NCBI GenBank assembly: GCA_965223985.1
Contig: OZ245030.1
Location: forward strand, 3,282,930-3,346,929
Source: Candidatus Poribacteria bacterium
GTDB taxonomy: Bacteria > Poribacteria > WGA-4E > PCPOR2b
Direction: 5' to 3'
DNA length: 64,000 bases
The notes beneath the pieces were generated by a model. It was not told where the DNA came from, did no database searches, and saw nothing but the letters and a program-made list of their open reading frames with translations. Every line of letters starts with the position of its first letter. Position 1 is the stretch's first letter. Of this stretch, positions 1-10,400 are shown one piece after another. The translations under genes were made by a program, and so were the position numbers.

Positions 1-127
1 CTCTCTGAGAAATCTTCAGCGTAATGCTATGACGATCTAATTGTTCGACATGACGAACCTGACCATTGAGAATCGTATCATGAAGTTCATGAACTACAAG
101 ATGCAGGGCCAAACTATCAAAAGACAT
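1..127 (-). CDS. NFACT-family (RqcH / fibronectin-binding protein A-like) protein, N-terminal fragment running off the window start
   Basis: Minus-strand ATG at 127. It translates to MSFDSLALHLVVHELHDTILNGQVRHVEQLDRHSITLKISQR, which resembles the conserved NFACT N-terminus (MSFDG..LH.LV.EL). Too short to appear in the ORF track. Confidence 0.45.
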   Translation of the reverse strand, partial: MSFDSLALHLVVHELHDTILNGQVRHVEQLDRHSITLKISQR

Positions 128-313
128 GGTGCACACCTCTTAAGCAGTCAGCAAAGAATGCCAGGGTTTCTCCAAGAAAAATAAACAAACGATTGTTGCA
201 TTGTGCGTCGTGTCTTGCAAAAAAAATCGCCTTATACACGATACACGCTGCGTTTACAGATTGGATTTTTATTGGACGTTCCTGAAAGTTGCCGTTAATG
301 CTATTGTTCCAGA

Positions 314-1249
314 TTATTTTTTACTGTCCAATCCTAATCGTCCAGCCAAATCGTCGACAAATTGCCGGGCGACGCGACCGGAGCGTCCGCTTGATGCGGC
401 TTCCCATTCCAAGGCTGCACGATGTAGTTCTTCCATCGAAATAGATAGCCCTTCCTTTTGGGCATAATGCGAAACAATTTGTAGATAAGTATCTTGGGGG
501 ATGCGATAGAAAACGAGCCGTAATCCAAATCGATCGCTCAATGAAACCTTCTCTTCGGTTGTTTCACGCGGATATAAATCGTCTTGATCACTACTTGGGA
601 ACTGATTTTCGTGGACCTGTCGAGGCATCAGATGACGGCGATTTGATGTTGCATAAATGAGCGTGTTTTCAGGACGGGCGGCGATGCCACCTTCCAGCAT
701 GGCTTTGAGCTCTCTGTATGCTGCCTCCCCTTCGCTGAAGGAAAGGTCATCGCAAAAGAGGATATATCGTTCAGGGCGTCCCCACAACAAATCCGCGATT
801 TCCTGTAGGTGAAGAAGACCCTCTTTATTCACTTCGATGAGCCGCAAACCGTCCGACGCGTAGCGATGAAGTATACCCTTGACGAGTGATGATTTACCAG
901 TGCCGCGATCGCCCCAGAGTAAGACATGGTTCGCTGGTAGACCCTGGAGAAATTGTAGAGTATTGCGATTCAAGATTTCAATCTGTCGTTCAATGTCAAT
1001 CAGATTAGCGATGTCAACAATATCGGGTTGTTTGACGGGAATCAACTGTCCCCACCCATCGTGGTTTTTCCACCTAAAGGCGATATAGTTATCAAGGAGA
1101 TCGCGGCCATTTTCAGATGGAGTCCTAGCCTGTGTTAATAACGCCTCCGCCTTGTCGATAAGTCGTTCCAGCCGAGAAAAAACCGGTTCCCAATTATCAG
1201 TCATATTTCCGATGACTCTAACCTGCTTGATATTGTGTGTACCTCTCAA
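314..1249 (-). CDS. P-loop ATPase, DUF815/AAA family
   Basis: 311-aa ORF with a Walker A motif GDRGTGKSS and a Walker B motif ILFCDDLSF. Confidence 0.65.
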   Translation of the reverse strand: MRGTHNIKQVRVIGNMTDNWEPVFSRLERLIDKAEALLTQARTPSENGRDLLDNYIAFRWKNHDGWGQLIPVKQPDIVDIANLIDIERQIEILNRNTLQFLQGLPANHVLLWGDRGTGKSSLVKGILHRYASDGLRLIEVNKEGLLHLQEIADLLWGRPERYILFCDDLSFSEGEAAYRELKAMLEGGIAARPENTLIYATSNRRHLMPRQVHENQFPSSDQDDLYPRETTEEKVSLSDRFGLRLVFYRIPQDTYLQIVSHYAQKEGLSISMEELHRAALEWEAASSGRSGRVARQFVDDLAGRLGLDSKK

Positions 1250-1403
1250 TTATATCATAAATAACCTCGTACCGAAAAAGAAAAAAACAGACGGTAGAAC
1301 TTTTGCTACAAATTGGGAGGTTATCTGCGACAATAGATGATGAATCACTTTCAATTAGATCTCCACTCAATCAACCAGTGCACACGAAAAATGCCCCCTT
1401 CTC

Positions 1404-1432
1404 TTGACAAGGGTGGGCAAGTGCAGTATAAT
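1404..1432 (+). promoter_or_regulatory. Consensus sigma70-type promoter (TTGACA-17-TATAAT) followed by a ~350-nt leader before the OTCase-like gene
   Basis: TTGACA at 1404-1409, 17-nt spacer, TATAAT at 1427-1432. Confidence 0.5.
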
Positions 1433-1828
1433 CATCGGCATCTTTGCAGACGGCAGAACCGTTGGATTTAACGAGAAACATCTGCCCAAACCCTTTTTTT
1501 ACGCCTGCGTTCAGCTTTCTTCTCGCATTAATTACGATCTCAATTCCCGATGGTCCAAGACTACCTAAAATTAATTGAGGAAGGCTAATGCAAAGTCACT
1601 CAACCTGGCGTGGACTTTAAAATCGTCAAGAACGTCTTCTGATTTTTTTGCCAAGCTGCCGAAACGATGGAGATGTTATGCGATTTCCTAATCGCTCCCA
1701 CAGGTCGCCGAACTTGGACTGGTGTTGTGCCATGGGAAAGATTGACCACGCTGTGGGGGGCCATTAAGGGCAAAATCTAATTGTCTGAATTTACGCGGCG
1801 ATGCCTTGGGCTATCTGTACTGGAGGCT

Positions 1829-2740
1829 ATCATGCATCTAATTTCCCTTAAAAGCTGGTCTACTGCAGATGTAATGGAAGTTGTGGAAAACAGCATCGCT
1901 ATCAAAAAACACCCTGGACAATATGCAGATGCCATGATCGGGCAAAGTCTCGCCTTGCTCTTTCAGAAAACCTCTACACGGACACGCTGTGCTGGAGAGG
2001 TTGGCATGACCCAATTGGGTGGACATGGCATCTATCTCGACTGGCAAACTACGAATTTCACCCTAGCCGATTTAGGCGATGAAATTCGGGTGCTGTCTGC
2101 TTATGTGGATATAATCCTTACCCGTTTCTTAAAACATGCAGATGTAGTGCGTGCAGCCGAGTGCGCAACAGTTCCAATCGTTAATGGGTGTTGCGACCGA
2201 TATCACCCGACGCAGGCTTTGGGAGATCTCATGACGATTCAGGAAAAGCTAGGACGTTTGGAAGGCGTTAAGCTCACCTATGTCGGGGCACATAACAACG
2301 TTTGCAATTCGCTAATTGCCGCTGGTCTCACAGTAGGCATGGAAGTAACTGCTGTTACGCCCGAGATTAATCCGGCAGCAGTCGATGAGCAACTGTTTGA
2401 GGATGCACGTAAGTCAGGTTCCTACATAGTGTCAGATCGACTTCAGACCGCGATTGCGAAGAGTGATATTGTCTATACTGATACCTGGATTGATATGGAG
2501 TTTTTTTTGGATTCAACGTTCAAAGCGGAAAAAGAACGACGTATCGAGTTATTTATGCCCTATCAGTTAAATCGGGAGTTGTTGGAAGGGCAGGATGTTT
2601 TAATTATGCACTGTCTTGCCGCCCATCGCGGCTACGAAATCTCTGACGACATTATTGACGATCCACGGTCAATTGTGTTTGAGCAGGCAGAGAATCGACT
2701 GCATAGTATGAAGGCCCTAATGCTGAAAATTTTAGACTAA
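1829..2740 (+). CDS. Ornithine carbamoyltransferase-family protein
   Basis: STRTR carbamoyl-phosphate binding motif and an HCLAAHRG motif (OTCase HCLP-like). The N-terminus MHLISLK is typical of OTCase. The ORF-track start at 1781 is probably too far upstream. Confidence 0.7.
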   Translation: MMHLISLKSWSTADVMEVVENSIAIKKHPGQYADAMIGQSLALLFQKTSTRTRCAGEVGMTQLGGHGIYLDWQTTNFTLADLGDEIRVLSAYVDIILTRFLKHADVVRAAECATVPIVNGCCDRYHPTQALGDLMTIQEKLGRLEGVKLTYVGAHNNVCNSLIAAGLTVGMEVTAVTPEINPAAVDEQLFEDARKSGSYIVSDRLQTAIAKSDIVYTDTWIDMEFFLDSTFKAEKERRIELFMPYQLNRELLEGQDVLIMHCLAAHRGYEISDDIIDDPRSIVFEQAENRLHSMKALMLKILD

Positions 2741-2881
2741 CATTACAAGTAAGTGTGTGGTTTCTTTAGATGAGCCGAGTCTTATCCCTCAATCTGATGA
2801 AAGATTGTGAATTACCGGATGACTTAAATTGTTAAGCGCAAGCCGGATATAAACCATTCACTGGATGAAATCTCGATTTCC

Positions 2882-3751
2882 ATGTCCCAATCATCCCTTA
2901 TTCCCATTAAAACCCGCGATGAGATTGAAGTTGAGAAGTTGTTAATAGCGATTCAAGCGAAGCGGGATCAGGTCGCCGAAATGACCCTTGAGATAGAAGA
3001 ACTCAAGCTGGATATACGTAGATTTGAGGGCGAATATAATGCTCGTGTTGGACGATTCTATATAGAGCTGGACAAAGTTGAACTCTTGACAAAGGAACAT
3101 CGGTTGCGACTGCGCTTATTGAAAGAAGGCTTATCCACCCATAGCCCAGAAATGGAAAAACGGATTGAATCCTGTTTCCGTTCGGAACGCGAGCGGTTGG
3201 CAGATTATGAACGAGGAATAAACTCGGATGAAAAGACTTTCAAACAATCGAAAGCCCAGTTGCTTCCGCCGGATCAGATGAAGCAACTTCGCGGGCTTTA
3301 TCTGAGACTCGCAAAGATATATCACCCGGACAAAGCGAATTTTGATGACGATCAAGATGAACGGAAACAGATGATGATGTTGATAAATCGTGCGTATGAA
3401 AATCTAGATATGCAGACCCTCAAGCGGATAAACATCAAGATTGGGTCGGAAGCCGAGTCAACTGCGGAGACAGTATCACAGAGAAGGAAACGGTTAACAC
3501 AGGAGATAAATAGGTTGATGCGTGCCCAAGGTGAGTTGCGTCTGGAAATCAATAGAATTAAATCAAGCAAAACTTATCAGTTCAAGCAGGAAGTTGGGCG
3601 AGCCAGTGAAAGTGGGATGGATCTACTAACAAGTCTCGCTAAGGATTTGCAGCACAAAATTAATGCCAACAAACGGCGACTGGCGGATGTGATTGAACGG
3701 TTCCATCAATTTAGTAGAAAAGTTATGGATAATCGGGCAAACGTCCTCTAG
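2882..3751 (+). CDS. J-domain (DnaJ-like) protein with N-terminal coiled coil
   Basis: HPD motif in LAKIYHPDKANFDD. Heptad-rich N-terminal half. Confidence 0.6.
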   Translation: MSQSSLIPIKTRDEIEVEKLLIAIQAKRDQVAEMTLEIEELKLDIRRFEGEYNARVGRFYIELDKVELLTKEHRLRLRLLKEGLSTHSPEMEKRIESCFRSERERLADYERGINSDEKTFKQSKAQLLPPDQMKQLRGLYLRLAKIYHPDKANFDDDQDERKQMMMLINRAYENLDMQTLKRINIKIGSEAESTAETVSQRRKRLTQEINRLMRAQGELRLEINRIKSSKTYQFKQEVGRASESGMDLLTSLAKDLQHKINANKRRLADVIERFHQFSRKVMDNRANVL

Positions 3752-3980
3752 TCCACCTACCGATTTCACAGAGAGAAATTTGTGCAAAATGAAGCTAACC
3801 GGGAGATAACCGCCTATCCCATATCAAGCAGCGTCTGCAAAAACACTTGGTTTTAGTTGCTCAATATGTTATAATTTAATTGTTGTGGCACAGTTGATTT
3901 CAATATGCATATACGTCTGGATTGAAGAGATTTAACTCCAAACCCATGAATAAAACCATCTTTCTAAGGAGGCAATCATA

Positions 3981-4595
3981 ATGGCACATGAACTACCCGC
4001 GTTACCATATGCTCACATTGCTTTAGAACCTCATATAGACGCGCGAACAATGGAAATCCATCACGGCAAGCATCATCAAGCCTATATCAACAACCTCAAT
4101 AATGCCCTCGAAGGACTTAATGACCTTGCGGCGTTGTCCATTGAGGAGTTGCTTTGCAATATCGACAGCGTGCCAGAGCCAAAGCGACAAACCGTCATCA
4201 ACAATGGAGGCGGTCATGCCAACCACTCACTATTCTGGACAATAATGGGGCCCGGTGGGGGCGGCGATTCAACGGGCGAACTCGCTGAAGCGATTGTATC
4301 CGCATTTGGATCGAGCGATGAAGCATTTGGGGCGTTTGCAAAGGCAGCGGCGACCCGTTTCGGATCCGGTTGGGCTTGGTTGGTCGTTGATGAGACAGGG
4401 GGATTACAAATCTACTCAACCGCGAATCAAGATAGTCCACTCATGCAGGGTCATACACCGATACTTGGCCTCGATGTATGGGAACATGCTTACTATCTGA
4501 ATTATCAGAATAGACGACCGGATTATGTGGCAGCCTTTGCTAACGTTATCAACTGGGATGAGGTTGCAAGGCGTTATGCCGCTGCGAAAGGTTAG
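3981..4595 (+). CDS. sodA: Fe/Mn superoxide dismutase
   Basis: Canonical N-terminus [31 protein letters not shown] and C-terminal DVWEHAYYL metal-ligand motif. A GGAGG ribosome-binding site precedes the start. Confidence 0.9.
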   Translation: MAHELPALPYAHIALEPHIDARTMEIHHGKHHQAYINNLNNALEGLNDLAALSIEELLCNIDSVPEPKRQTVINNGGGHANHSLFWTIMGPGGGGDSTGELAEAIVSAFGSSDEAFGAFAKAAATRFGSGWAWLVVDETGGLQIYSTANQDSPLMQGHTPILGLDVWEHAYYLNYQNRRPDYVAAFANVINWDEVARRYAAAKG

Positions 4596-4653
4596 TTGGC
4601 GCATCATCAAAAGAGAGATGGAAAGAACCACCTTTGGATTGCTCGTCAAAAAC

Positions 4654-4682
4654 TTGACATCTCTCCTCGCCTTATGTATACT
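4654..4682 (+). promoter_or_regulatory. sigma70-type promoter for the ilv leader (TTGACA-17-TATACT)
   Basis: TTGACA at 4654-4659 and TATACT at 4677-4682. Confidence 0.5.
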
Positions 4683-4689
4683 TAACAGA

Positions 4690-4992
4690 AATACTTCAAA
4701 TTTCATACATTAAAAACAGTGAAGGGGAGGAGTAGGTCGCCTAGGCTTGACAGAGCGGGAAATTCACGGGCTAAGAGATTTCCTCAAACGCTACGACTGA
4801 ACGTCGCCCTGGAGTTGCTAGCTTGAAAACACCAAGTAGGGTTAGCCGGTTGATGTCCGTCATTGCATCCCAATGAGTGCCCTTTTTTGACAGCAAGGCT
4901 TAACAGAGAGGGAATTGGAGTGGTACCGCGGTAAGATCTTCGAAAGAAGCCCTTTTCGTCTCCAAGGTGGAACGAGAAGGGCTTTTTTGATT
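4690..4992 (+). ncRNA. T-box riboswitch leader upstream of ilvBNC
   Basis: T-box sequence AATTGGAGTGGTACCGCGG at 4913-4931 (consensus AAnnnGGGTGGnACCGCG). It is followed by the intrinsic terminator AAGCCCTTTTCG...CGAGAAGGGCTTTTTT at 4947-4992. An upstream loop carries a possible CUC-A (Leu) specifier ('ttcCTCAaac'). Confidence 0.6.
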
Positions 4993-5114
4993 CTAGTTAC
5001 TCGCTTGCTATTCTAAGAGGGAGCATATAGTTTCCAATCTGCTTGGCATGGTTGCAAGAAAGTCGTATTGAGCGACTCAGAGTAGTATCAATTCTATAAG
5101 AGGGCAAGGAAACG

Positions 5115-6794
5115 ATGGAACCCATGCGAGGTGCAAACCTCCTTATTGAAAGTCTTAAACGAGAAGGGGTCGAGTACATTTTTGGTCTTAACGGGGGCGC
5201 GGCGATGCCGATTTTTGATGCTCTCTACGATGCACCCGATATCAAGCTCATCCCCATGCGGCACGAACAAGGCGCAGCGCACGCTGCTGATGGCTATGCG
5301 CGCGCAACAGGTGTCGTGGGTGTTGTGCTTGCCACTTCGGGGCCCGGTGCGACGAACCTTGTCACCGGAATTGCCACCGCTTTTATGGATTCCATTCCAA
5401 TGGTGGCGATCACAGGACAGGTTTTTACCCATTTGATGGGCAACGACGCCTTCCAGGAATGTGATATCATTGGGGTAACGCGTCCCGTCTGCAAGCACAG
5501 TTTCCTAATCAAAACTAGCGACGAGGTTGCGGATATCGTGGCTGAAGCCTTCCACATCGCTAGTACGGGGCGACCGGGCCCTGTTGTTGTTGATTTTGCA
5601 AAGGATGCACAAATAAGTGAGTCCATTTTTTGCTATCCGGAGTCGGTCAACATTCGTGGCTACAAACCCAGCGTCGATGGACATCCGCGCCAAATCGCCA
5701 AAGCTGTTGAACTGATCCACAACGCCAAGCGTCCCATAATCTATGCAGGGGGGGGCGTGGTTCTTTCCGAAGCTGCCAAGGAGTTGCGTGAATTTGCGAT
5801 CAAAACCGGCATTCCAATAACAGTAACGCTCATGGGACTTGGGGCATTTCCCGAAACTCACCCACTTTCAATGGAAATGCCCGGTATGCACGGTTCCTGT
5901 TGTGCAAACTATGCGTTTACGGACTCCGATCTCATTGTTGCAGTGGGTGCGCGGTTCGATGACCGGGTCACAGGAGAGTTGAAAAAATTTGCACCGAAGG
6001 CGAATAAAGTTCATATTGACATTGATCCGTCCTGCATCGGCAAAAATGTCGCGATTGATGTGCCAATTGTCGGTGATGCCAAGCGTGTATTGGCGAAGAT
6101 GAACGAGCTCGTACATCACGTAGACATTGAGCCCTGGAGACGGCAAACTGATGAGTGGAAGGAAAAATATCCCTTCGAGTATCATCAAAGAGGGGATAAG
6201 ATTATGCCGCAGTATGTGATTCAACAAATCTATGAGATCTATCCCGATGCAGTAATCGTAGGAGATGTGGGACAACATCAAATGTGGGCAGCGCAATATT
6301 TCAAATTTACCCAATCACGTCAGTGGTTGAACTCGGGAGGACTGGGAACGATGGGATTCAGTTTGCCTGCAGCAATCGGTGCCCAACTCGGATGTCCCGA
6401 CAAAACGATTGTCAACATCAATGGCGACGGTTCATACATCATGACGATTCAGGAACTCGTCACTGCTGTCACCTTGAAACTTCCGCTCAAAATTTTCATC
6501 ATTAACAATATGTATCTCGGTATGGTGAGGCAGTGGCAAGAACTCTTCCACCAAAAACGGTATTCAGCCGTTGATTACCACGATAATCCCGATTTTGCGC
6601 TGCTTGCTCAAGCGTTTGGTGCAATAGGTCTCCGTGTCGAGCGAATTGAAGATGTTCGACCAGCATTGGAAAAAGCAAAACACATCAATGAGGGACCCGT
6701 TGTTATTGACTTCATTGTTGATGAAGATGAGAATGTGTTCCCAATGGTCCCAGCTGGTGCGGGGCTCGGTGACGTTATACGAGGTTTAGCCTAA
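5115..6794 (+). CDS. ilvB: Acetolactate synthase large subunit
   Basis: 559-aa ORF with the thiamine-diphosphate motif GDGSYIMTIQELVTAV and FAD/ThDP-enzyme architecture. Overlaps the ilvN start. Confidence 0.9.
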   Translation: MEPMRGANLLIESLKREGVEYIFGLNGGAAMPIFDALYDAPDIKLIPMRHEQGAAHAADGYARATGVVGVVLATSGPGATNLVTGIATAFMDSIPMVAITGQVFTHLMGNDAFQECDIIGVTRPVCKHSFLIKTSDEVADIVAEAFHIASTGRPGPVVVDFAKDAQISESIFCYPESVNIRGYKPSVDGHPRQIAKAVELIHNAKRPIIYAGGGVVLSEAAKELREFAIKTGIPITVTLMGLGAFPETHPLSMEMPGMHGSCCANYAFTDSDLIVAVGARFDDRVTGELKKFAPKANKVHIDIDPSCIGKNVAIDVPIVGDAKRVLAKMNELVHHVDIEPWRRQTDEWKEKYPFEYHQRGDKIMPQYVIQQIYEIYPDAVIVGDVGQHQMWAAQYFKFTQSRQWLNSGGLGTMGFSLPAAIGAQLGCPDKTIVNINGDGSYIMTIQELVTAVTLKLPLKIFIINNMYLGMVRQWQELFHQKRYSAVDYHDNPDFALLAQAFGAIGLRVERIEDVRPALEKAKHINEGPVVIDFIVDEDENVFPMVPAGAGLGDVIRGLA

Positions 6795-7285
6795 TGCTTG
6801 AGGAGAGACACATCTTTTCAGTACTCGTTGAAAATCGATTCGGTGTGCTCGCACGAATTGCGGGGTTGTTTAGCGGTCGTGGGTATAACATCGATAGCCT
6901 GAATGTCGCCGAGACGGACCATCCAGAAGTTTCACACATGACAATCGTTACACATGGTGATGCGCAGATTATCGAACAGATATACAAACATCTAAATAAG
7001 CTGATAGATGTGATAAAGGTGACGAATCTCACTACTGAAAATCACGTCGAGCGGGAGTTTGTTTTGATCAAGATGAATGCATCACCCAATCGGCGTGGGG
7101 AGATTCTTCAAATCGTGGAGATTTTCCGCGCTCGCACGGTTGATGTTAGCCCCGCAACATTGACGATTGAGATCACCGGTGACGAAGGTAAACTCAAGGC
7201 TGTGATTGATATGTTGCGTCCATATGGTATACAAGAGTTGGTCCGCACAGGTAAAATCGCAATCATGCGCGGCGCAGCGAAGTAA
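6794..7285 (+). CDS. ilvN: Acetolactate synthase small (regulatory) subunit
   Basis: ACT-domain N-terminus HIFSVLVENRFGVLARIAGLFSGRGYNIDSL. Its start codon overlaps the ilvB stop. Confidence 0.88.
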   Translation: MLEERHIFSVLVENRFGVLARIAGLFSGRGYNIDSLNVAETDHPEVSHMTIVTHGDAQIIEQIYKHLNKLIDVIKVTNLTTENHVEREFVLIKMNASPNRRGEILQIVEIFRARTVDVSPATLTIEITGDEGKLKAVIDMLRPYGIQELVRTGKIAIMRGAAK

Positions 7286-7342
7286 TTGATGATTGGTCAT
7301 GGACATTGTTGATTTTCAATCGTCAATTGAAAGGAGAGTTTT

Positions 7343-8344
7343 ATGGCAACAATTTATTACGATAGCGATGCGATTTTTGATTTACTTAAAGAGAAAACGA
7401 TTGCCATCATTGGCTATGGGACTCAAGGACGTGCACAAGCGTTGAACCTCAAGGACAGCGGTGCAGACGTTCTTGTGGGCTTGCGTTCAACGAGTCAATC
7501 GTGTGAACAGGCAGAAGCGGATGGGCTGGATGTCAGTAGCGTTGAGGAAGCCGCTAGCGCAGGCGATATTGTCCAGATTCTCATCCCAGATGAGTTGCAT
7601 TCAACGGTCTATAAATCGCAAATCGAGCCGAACCTGCAAACCGGAGATATGCTGATGGTTTCGCACGGCTTCAGCATCCACTTTGGGCAGATACTCCCAT
7701 TAGACAATATAGATGTGGCAATGATTGCGCCGAAAGCACCGGGGGACCTCGTGAGGGATGAATTCGTAGGAGGTGGTGGGACACCTTGCCTGATTGCCAT
7801 CCATCAAGATGTCACTGGACATGCGAGAGATCTCGCGCTCGCTTATGCAAAAGGAATTGGCGGCACGCGCGCGGGGGTAATCGAAACAACTTTTCGTGAA
7901 GAAACAGAGACCGATCTCTTTGGCGAACAGGCTGTGCTTTGCGGTGGAACATCGGCGCTCATAAAAGCTGCATTCGATACACTTGTCGAAGCTGGCTATC
8001 AACCGGAAATGGCCTACTTTGAATGCGTACATGAGTTAAAGCTCATCGTTGATCTTATCTATACTGGTGGACTCAATAAGATGCGCCGCGTTGTCAGCAA
8101 CACAGCGGAGTTTGGAGATCTCACCCGCGGCCCCCGCGTTGTTGATGAAAGTGTGCGAGAGCGTATGCGAGAGATTCTCCAAGAAGTGCAGAGCGGGAAA
8201 TTCGCACGGGAGTGGGTGCTGGAAAATCGAGCCAATCAGCCCGTGCTGCAAGCCTTACGCCGCAGAGAATCAGAGTTGCCGATTGAGAAGGTTGGTAAAG
8301 ACCTACGAAGTATGATGACTTGGATCGATCAAGCGACCGACTAG
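7343..8344 (+). CDS. ilvC: Ketol-acid reductoisomerase
   Basis: Rossmann motif [18 protein letters not shown] and conserved KARI C-terminal domain. GGAG ribosome-binding site. Confidence 0.9.
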   Translation: MATIYYDSDAIFDLLKEKTIAIIGYGTQGRAQALNLKDSGADVLVGLRSTSQSCEQAEADGLDVSSVEEAASAGDIVQILIPDELHSTVYKSQIEPNLQTGDMLMVSHGFSIHFGQILPLDNIDVAMIAPKAPGDLVRDEFVGGGGTPCLIAIHQDVTGHARDLALAYAKGIGGTRAGVIETTFREETETDLFGEQAVLCGGTSALIKAAFDTLVEAGYQPEMAYFECVHELKLIVDLIYTGGLNKMRRVVSNTAEFGDLTRGPRVVDESVRERMREILQEVQSGKFAREWVLENRANQPVLQALRRRESELPIEKVGKDLRSMMTWIDQATD

Positions 8345-8348
8345 GGAG

Positions 8349-8405
8349 CGCGATAGTCTTAAGAGAAGACTATCGCCTTCGCTATTCGCTCAGTTGATCG
8401 CTCTG
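8349..8405 (-). repeat. Copy of the 'GAGCGATCAACTGAGCGAAT + GCGATAGTCTT hairpin' repeat family, just downstream of ilvC
   Basis: Contains gcgatagtctt-aagag-aagactatcgc (perfect 11-bp stem) and cgctcagttgatcgctc. The latter is the reverse complement of the motif at 15764 and 21013. Confidence 0.6.
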
Positions 8406-8662
8406 TTTGAGAACTAACCGATTTGACAAGTGAGTTTTTGCTGGAACACGAAGGCATCAAGCAAGTTGAGCCGTACTAATCTTTGTCTTGTCACATCCCA
8501 CGTTTCCAAAACACTTGTATCATTCATAGATTCATTATATAATAAATTTTGGTGCCAGTGATTTCATATGTGATTTTCAGCCTAAGTATGAACCCCAAAA
8601 CTTGGACTTGATCCAAATCGGTTTACAAATGGCTAGGAGGCTATTTCATCCGAATCGAAAAT

Positions 8663-9523
8663 GTGACGGATTTTAATCTGACACATACGCTTGAGTGTGG
8701 CCAATCGTTCAGATGGAAACGAGTTGGCGATTGGTATTACGGTGTCGTTGATGGCAGATTTCTCGGCATTCGACAAGAGGGTGAGACGCTTGTTGTCAAG
8801 AGTTGCTCCGATGTAGACCGCAATCAGCTTGAAGTTTTTCTTTATCACTACCTCGATCTACATCGTAATCTTCCGGTAATTCTTCAATCTGTGGACATTG
8901 ATGCGACGATTCACCGAGCAATCGAGACTTTCTGGGGGATGCGGATTCTAAACCAAGACGTATGGGAATGTATCGTGTCGTTCATCCTATCTCAAAATAA
9001 CAACGTGCCCCGAACCAAGGGGATTATTGAAACCATTTCCATACGATTCGGCGAAAAACGCACGCTTGGGGATAGAGTTGACTATTCATTCCCAACCGCG
9101 CACTCCCTCGCTCAAGCTGGAGTTGACGCCCTGTTTGATTGTCGCATGGGATATCGTGCCCCTTATCTCTGGGAAGCTGCATCAGTAATCGCAGCCGCAG
9201 GATTCGATCTCCAAGCACTAAAGAACATGCCATACCCTGAAGCGAAGATAGAATTGATGGGATTCAAAGGGATTGGCGAGAAGGTCGCTGATTGTGTATG
9301 TGTGTTTTCGTTAGGACATATCGAAGCAATCCCCATTGATGTGTGGATGAAGCGAATCATAGAGCATATCTACTTGCAACGCCGAGCCTCGATACGGGAG
9401 ATTCGGGAGTTCGCCCAAAGCTATTTTGGTGGATATCTCGGTTACGCGCAGCAGTACCTTTTTCACTACGCCCGGACAATCGGATTTCAACGCTCCTTTT
9501 CCACAAAACGGGGAAGTGGATGA
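8663..9523 (+). CDS. ogg: 8-oxoguanine DNA glycosylase / AP lyase (OGG1-type, HhH-GPD)
   Basis: N-terminus LTHTLECGQSFRWKR and HhH-GPD motif GFKGIGEKVADCVCVFSL with a catalytic Lys/Asp context. Confidence 0.8.
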   Translation: MTDFNLTHTLECGQSFRWKRVGDWYYGVVDGRFLGIRQEGETLVVKSCSDVDRNQLEVFLYHYLDLHRNLPVILQSVDIDATIHRAIETFWGMRILNQDVWECIVSFILSQNNNVPRTKGIIETISIRFGEKRTLGDRVDYSFPTAHSLAQAGVDALFDCRMGYRAPYLWEAASVIAAAGFDLQALKNMPYPEAKIELMGFKGIGEKVADCVCVFSLGHIEAIPIDVWMKRIIEHIYLQRRASIREIREFAQSYFGGYLGYAQQYLFHYARTIGFQRSFSTKRGSG

Positions 9524-9711
9524 TGCAGAAACCGAAATCCTTTTAACCTGGGAGCAATCTTACAGAAACATTCACAGCAGTCAATCCCAATTAGTTCCAC
9601 CGCGAGATGCACGTTATTTGTGGCTTTTCCGTAGAATAGGAAGGGATTTCGGCAAATCCAATCTTTACCAGTGTTTTCAACAATTTTGAGATAAAACAAG
9701 GAGAATCATAA

Positions 9712-10329
9712 ATGCTCGAAGAATTACGCGAGACTGTGCTTACAGATCTGGAAAAGCGTGTTGAACGCGCAATTGGCATGATTGAGCAACTGAGACAAGA
9801 TAAGTTTACACTGGAATCGCAAATCAGCGAACTCCACGAGCAAATTCAGCAAAAAGACGCACAGATCGAATCGCTTGAAAATCGGAACGCTGAATTACAA
9901 TATGCTGAATCTGAGTTAGAGACGCTCAGAGTTCAACGAGAGCAAGAACGCGAAGGTATTGATTCAGAAAAAATGGAACTTCGAGATCGGATCGAAGGAG
10001 TAATGAAACTACTCAACGGGGCTGAAGACGGACTCGAAACATCTCCTGAACACCCAACTGCTGGGGATGGCGAGGCAATAACCACAGCGGCTGGCGTATC
10101 GTTTGTGGAAGACGAATCGACAGAAACGTCTGAATCAGCCGTAGATGAGGAGCCAACCGAAGTACCTGAAGCATCAATGAATCCTGACACACCTGCGGCG
10201 GAAGAAGTAGAGCCATCCGCTGGAGAGAACGAGCCAATAGCCGAATCGTCTGAATTAACGTGCGCAGGGGACGAATTGACAGACACACATGAATCGCCAG
10301 ATGAGGAGTCAACCGAAGCACCTGAGTAG
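9712..10329 (+). CDS. Coiled-coil protein (ZapB-like N-terminus) with an acidic low-complexity C-terminal tail
   Basis: The first ~85 aa are heptad-repeat rich. The C-terminal half is E/D/T/P-rich. Good ribosome-binding site (aaggaga). Confidence 0.45.
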   Translation: MLEELRETVLTDLEKRVERAIGMIEQLRQDKFTLESQISELHEQIQQKDAQIESLENRNAELQYAESELETLRVQREQEREGIDSEKMELRDRIEGVMKLLNGAEDGLETSPEHPTAGDGEAITTAAGVSFVEDESTETSESAVDEEPTEVPEASMNPDTPAAEEVEPSAGENEPIAESSELTCAGDELTDTHESPDEESTEAPE

Positions 10330-10400
10330 CCACTGGATCCTGATACACCGGTAACAGAGGCCGTGGAAACTGAAACAAAGCGACATGCGATTAATTCGCC

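Noticed and set aside
4740-4880. Classical ilv leader-peptide attenuator (mini-ORF MSVIASQ at ~4852)
   Set aside because: The mini-ORF has no run of Ile/Leu/Val codons and no ribosome-binding site. The T-box sequence plus terminator explains the leader better.
5094-6505. Multiple ORFs antisense to or overlapping ilvB (5094-5498-, 5294-5626-, 5505-5861-, 5868-6314-, 6284-6505+)
   Set aside because: They lie inside a highly conserved, well-supported ilvB reading frame. They have no ribosome-binding sites or motifs. They are typical spurious frames.
9712-10329. ZapB cell-division protein
   Set aside because: Only a generic N-terminal coiled coil is shared. The protein is 2.5 times longer, with an acidic low-complexity tail. 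Homology cannot be asserted from sequence inspection.
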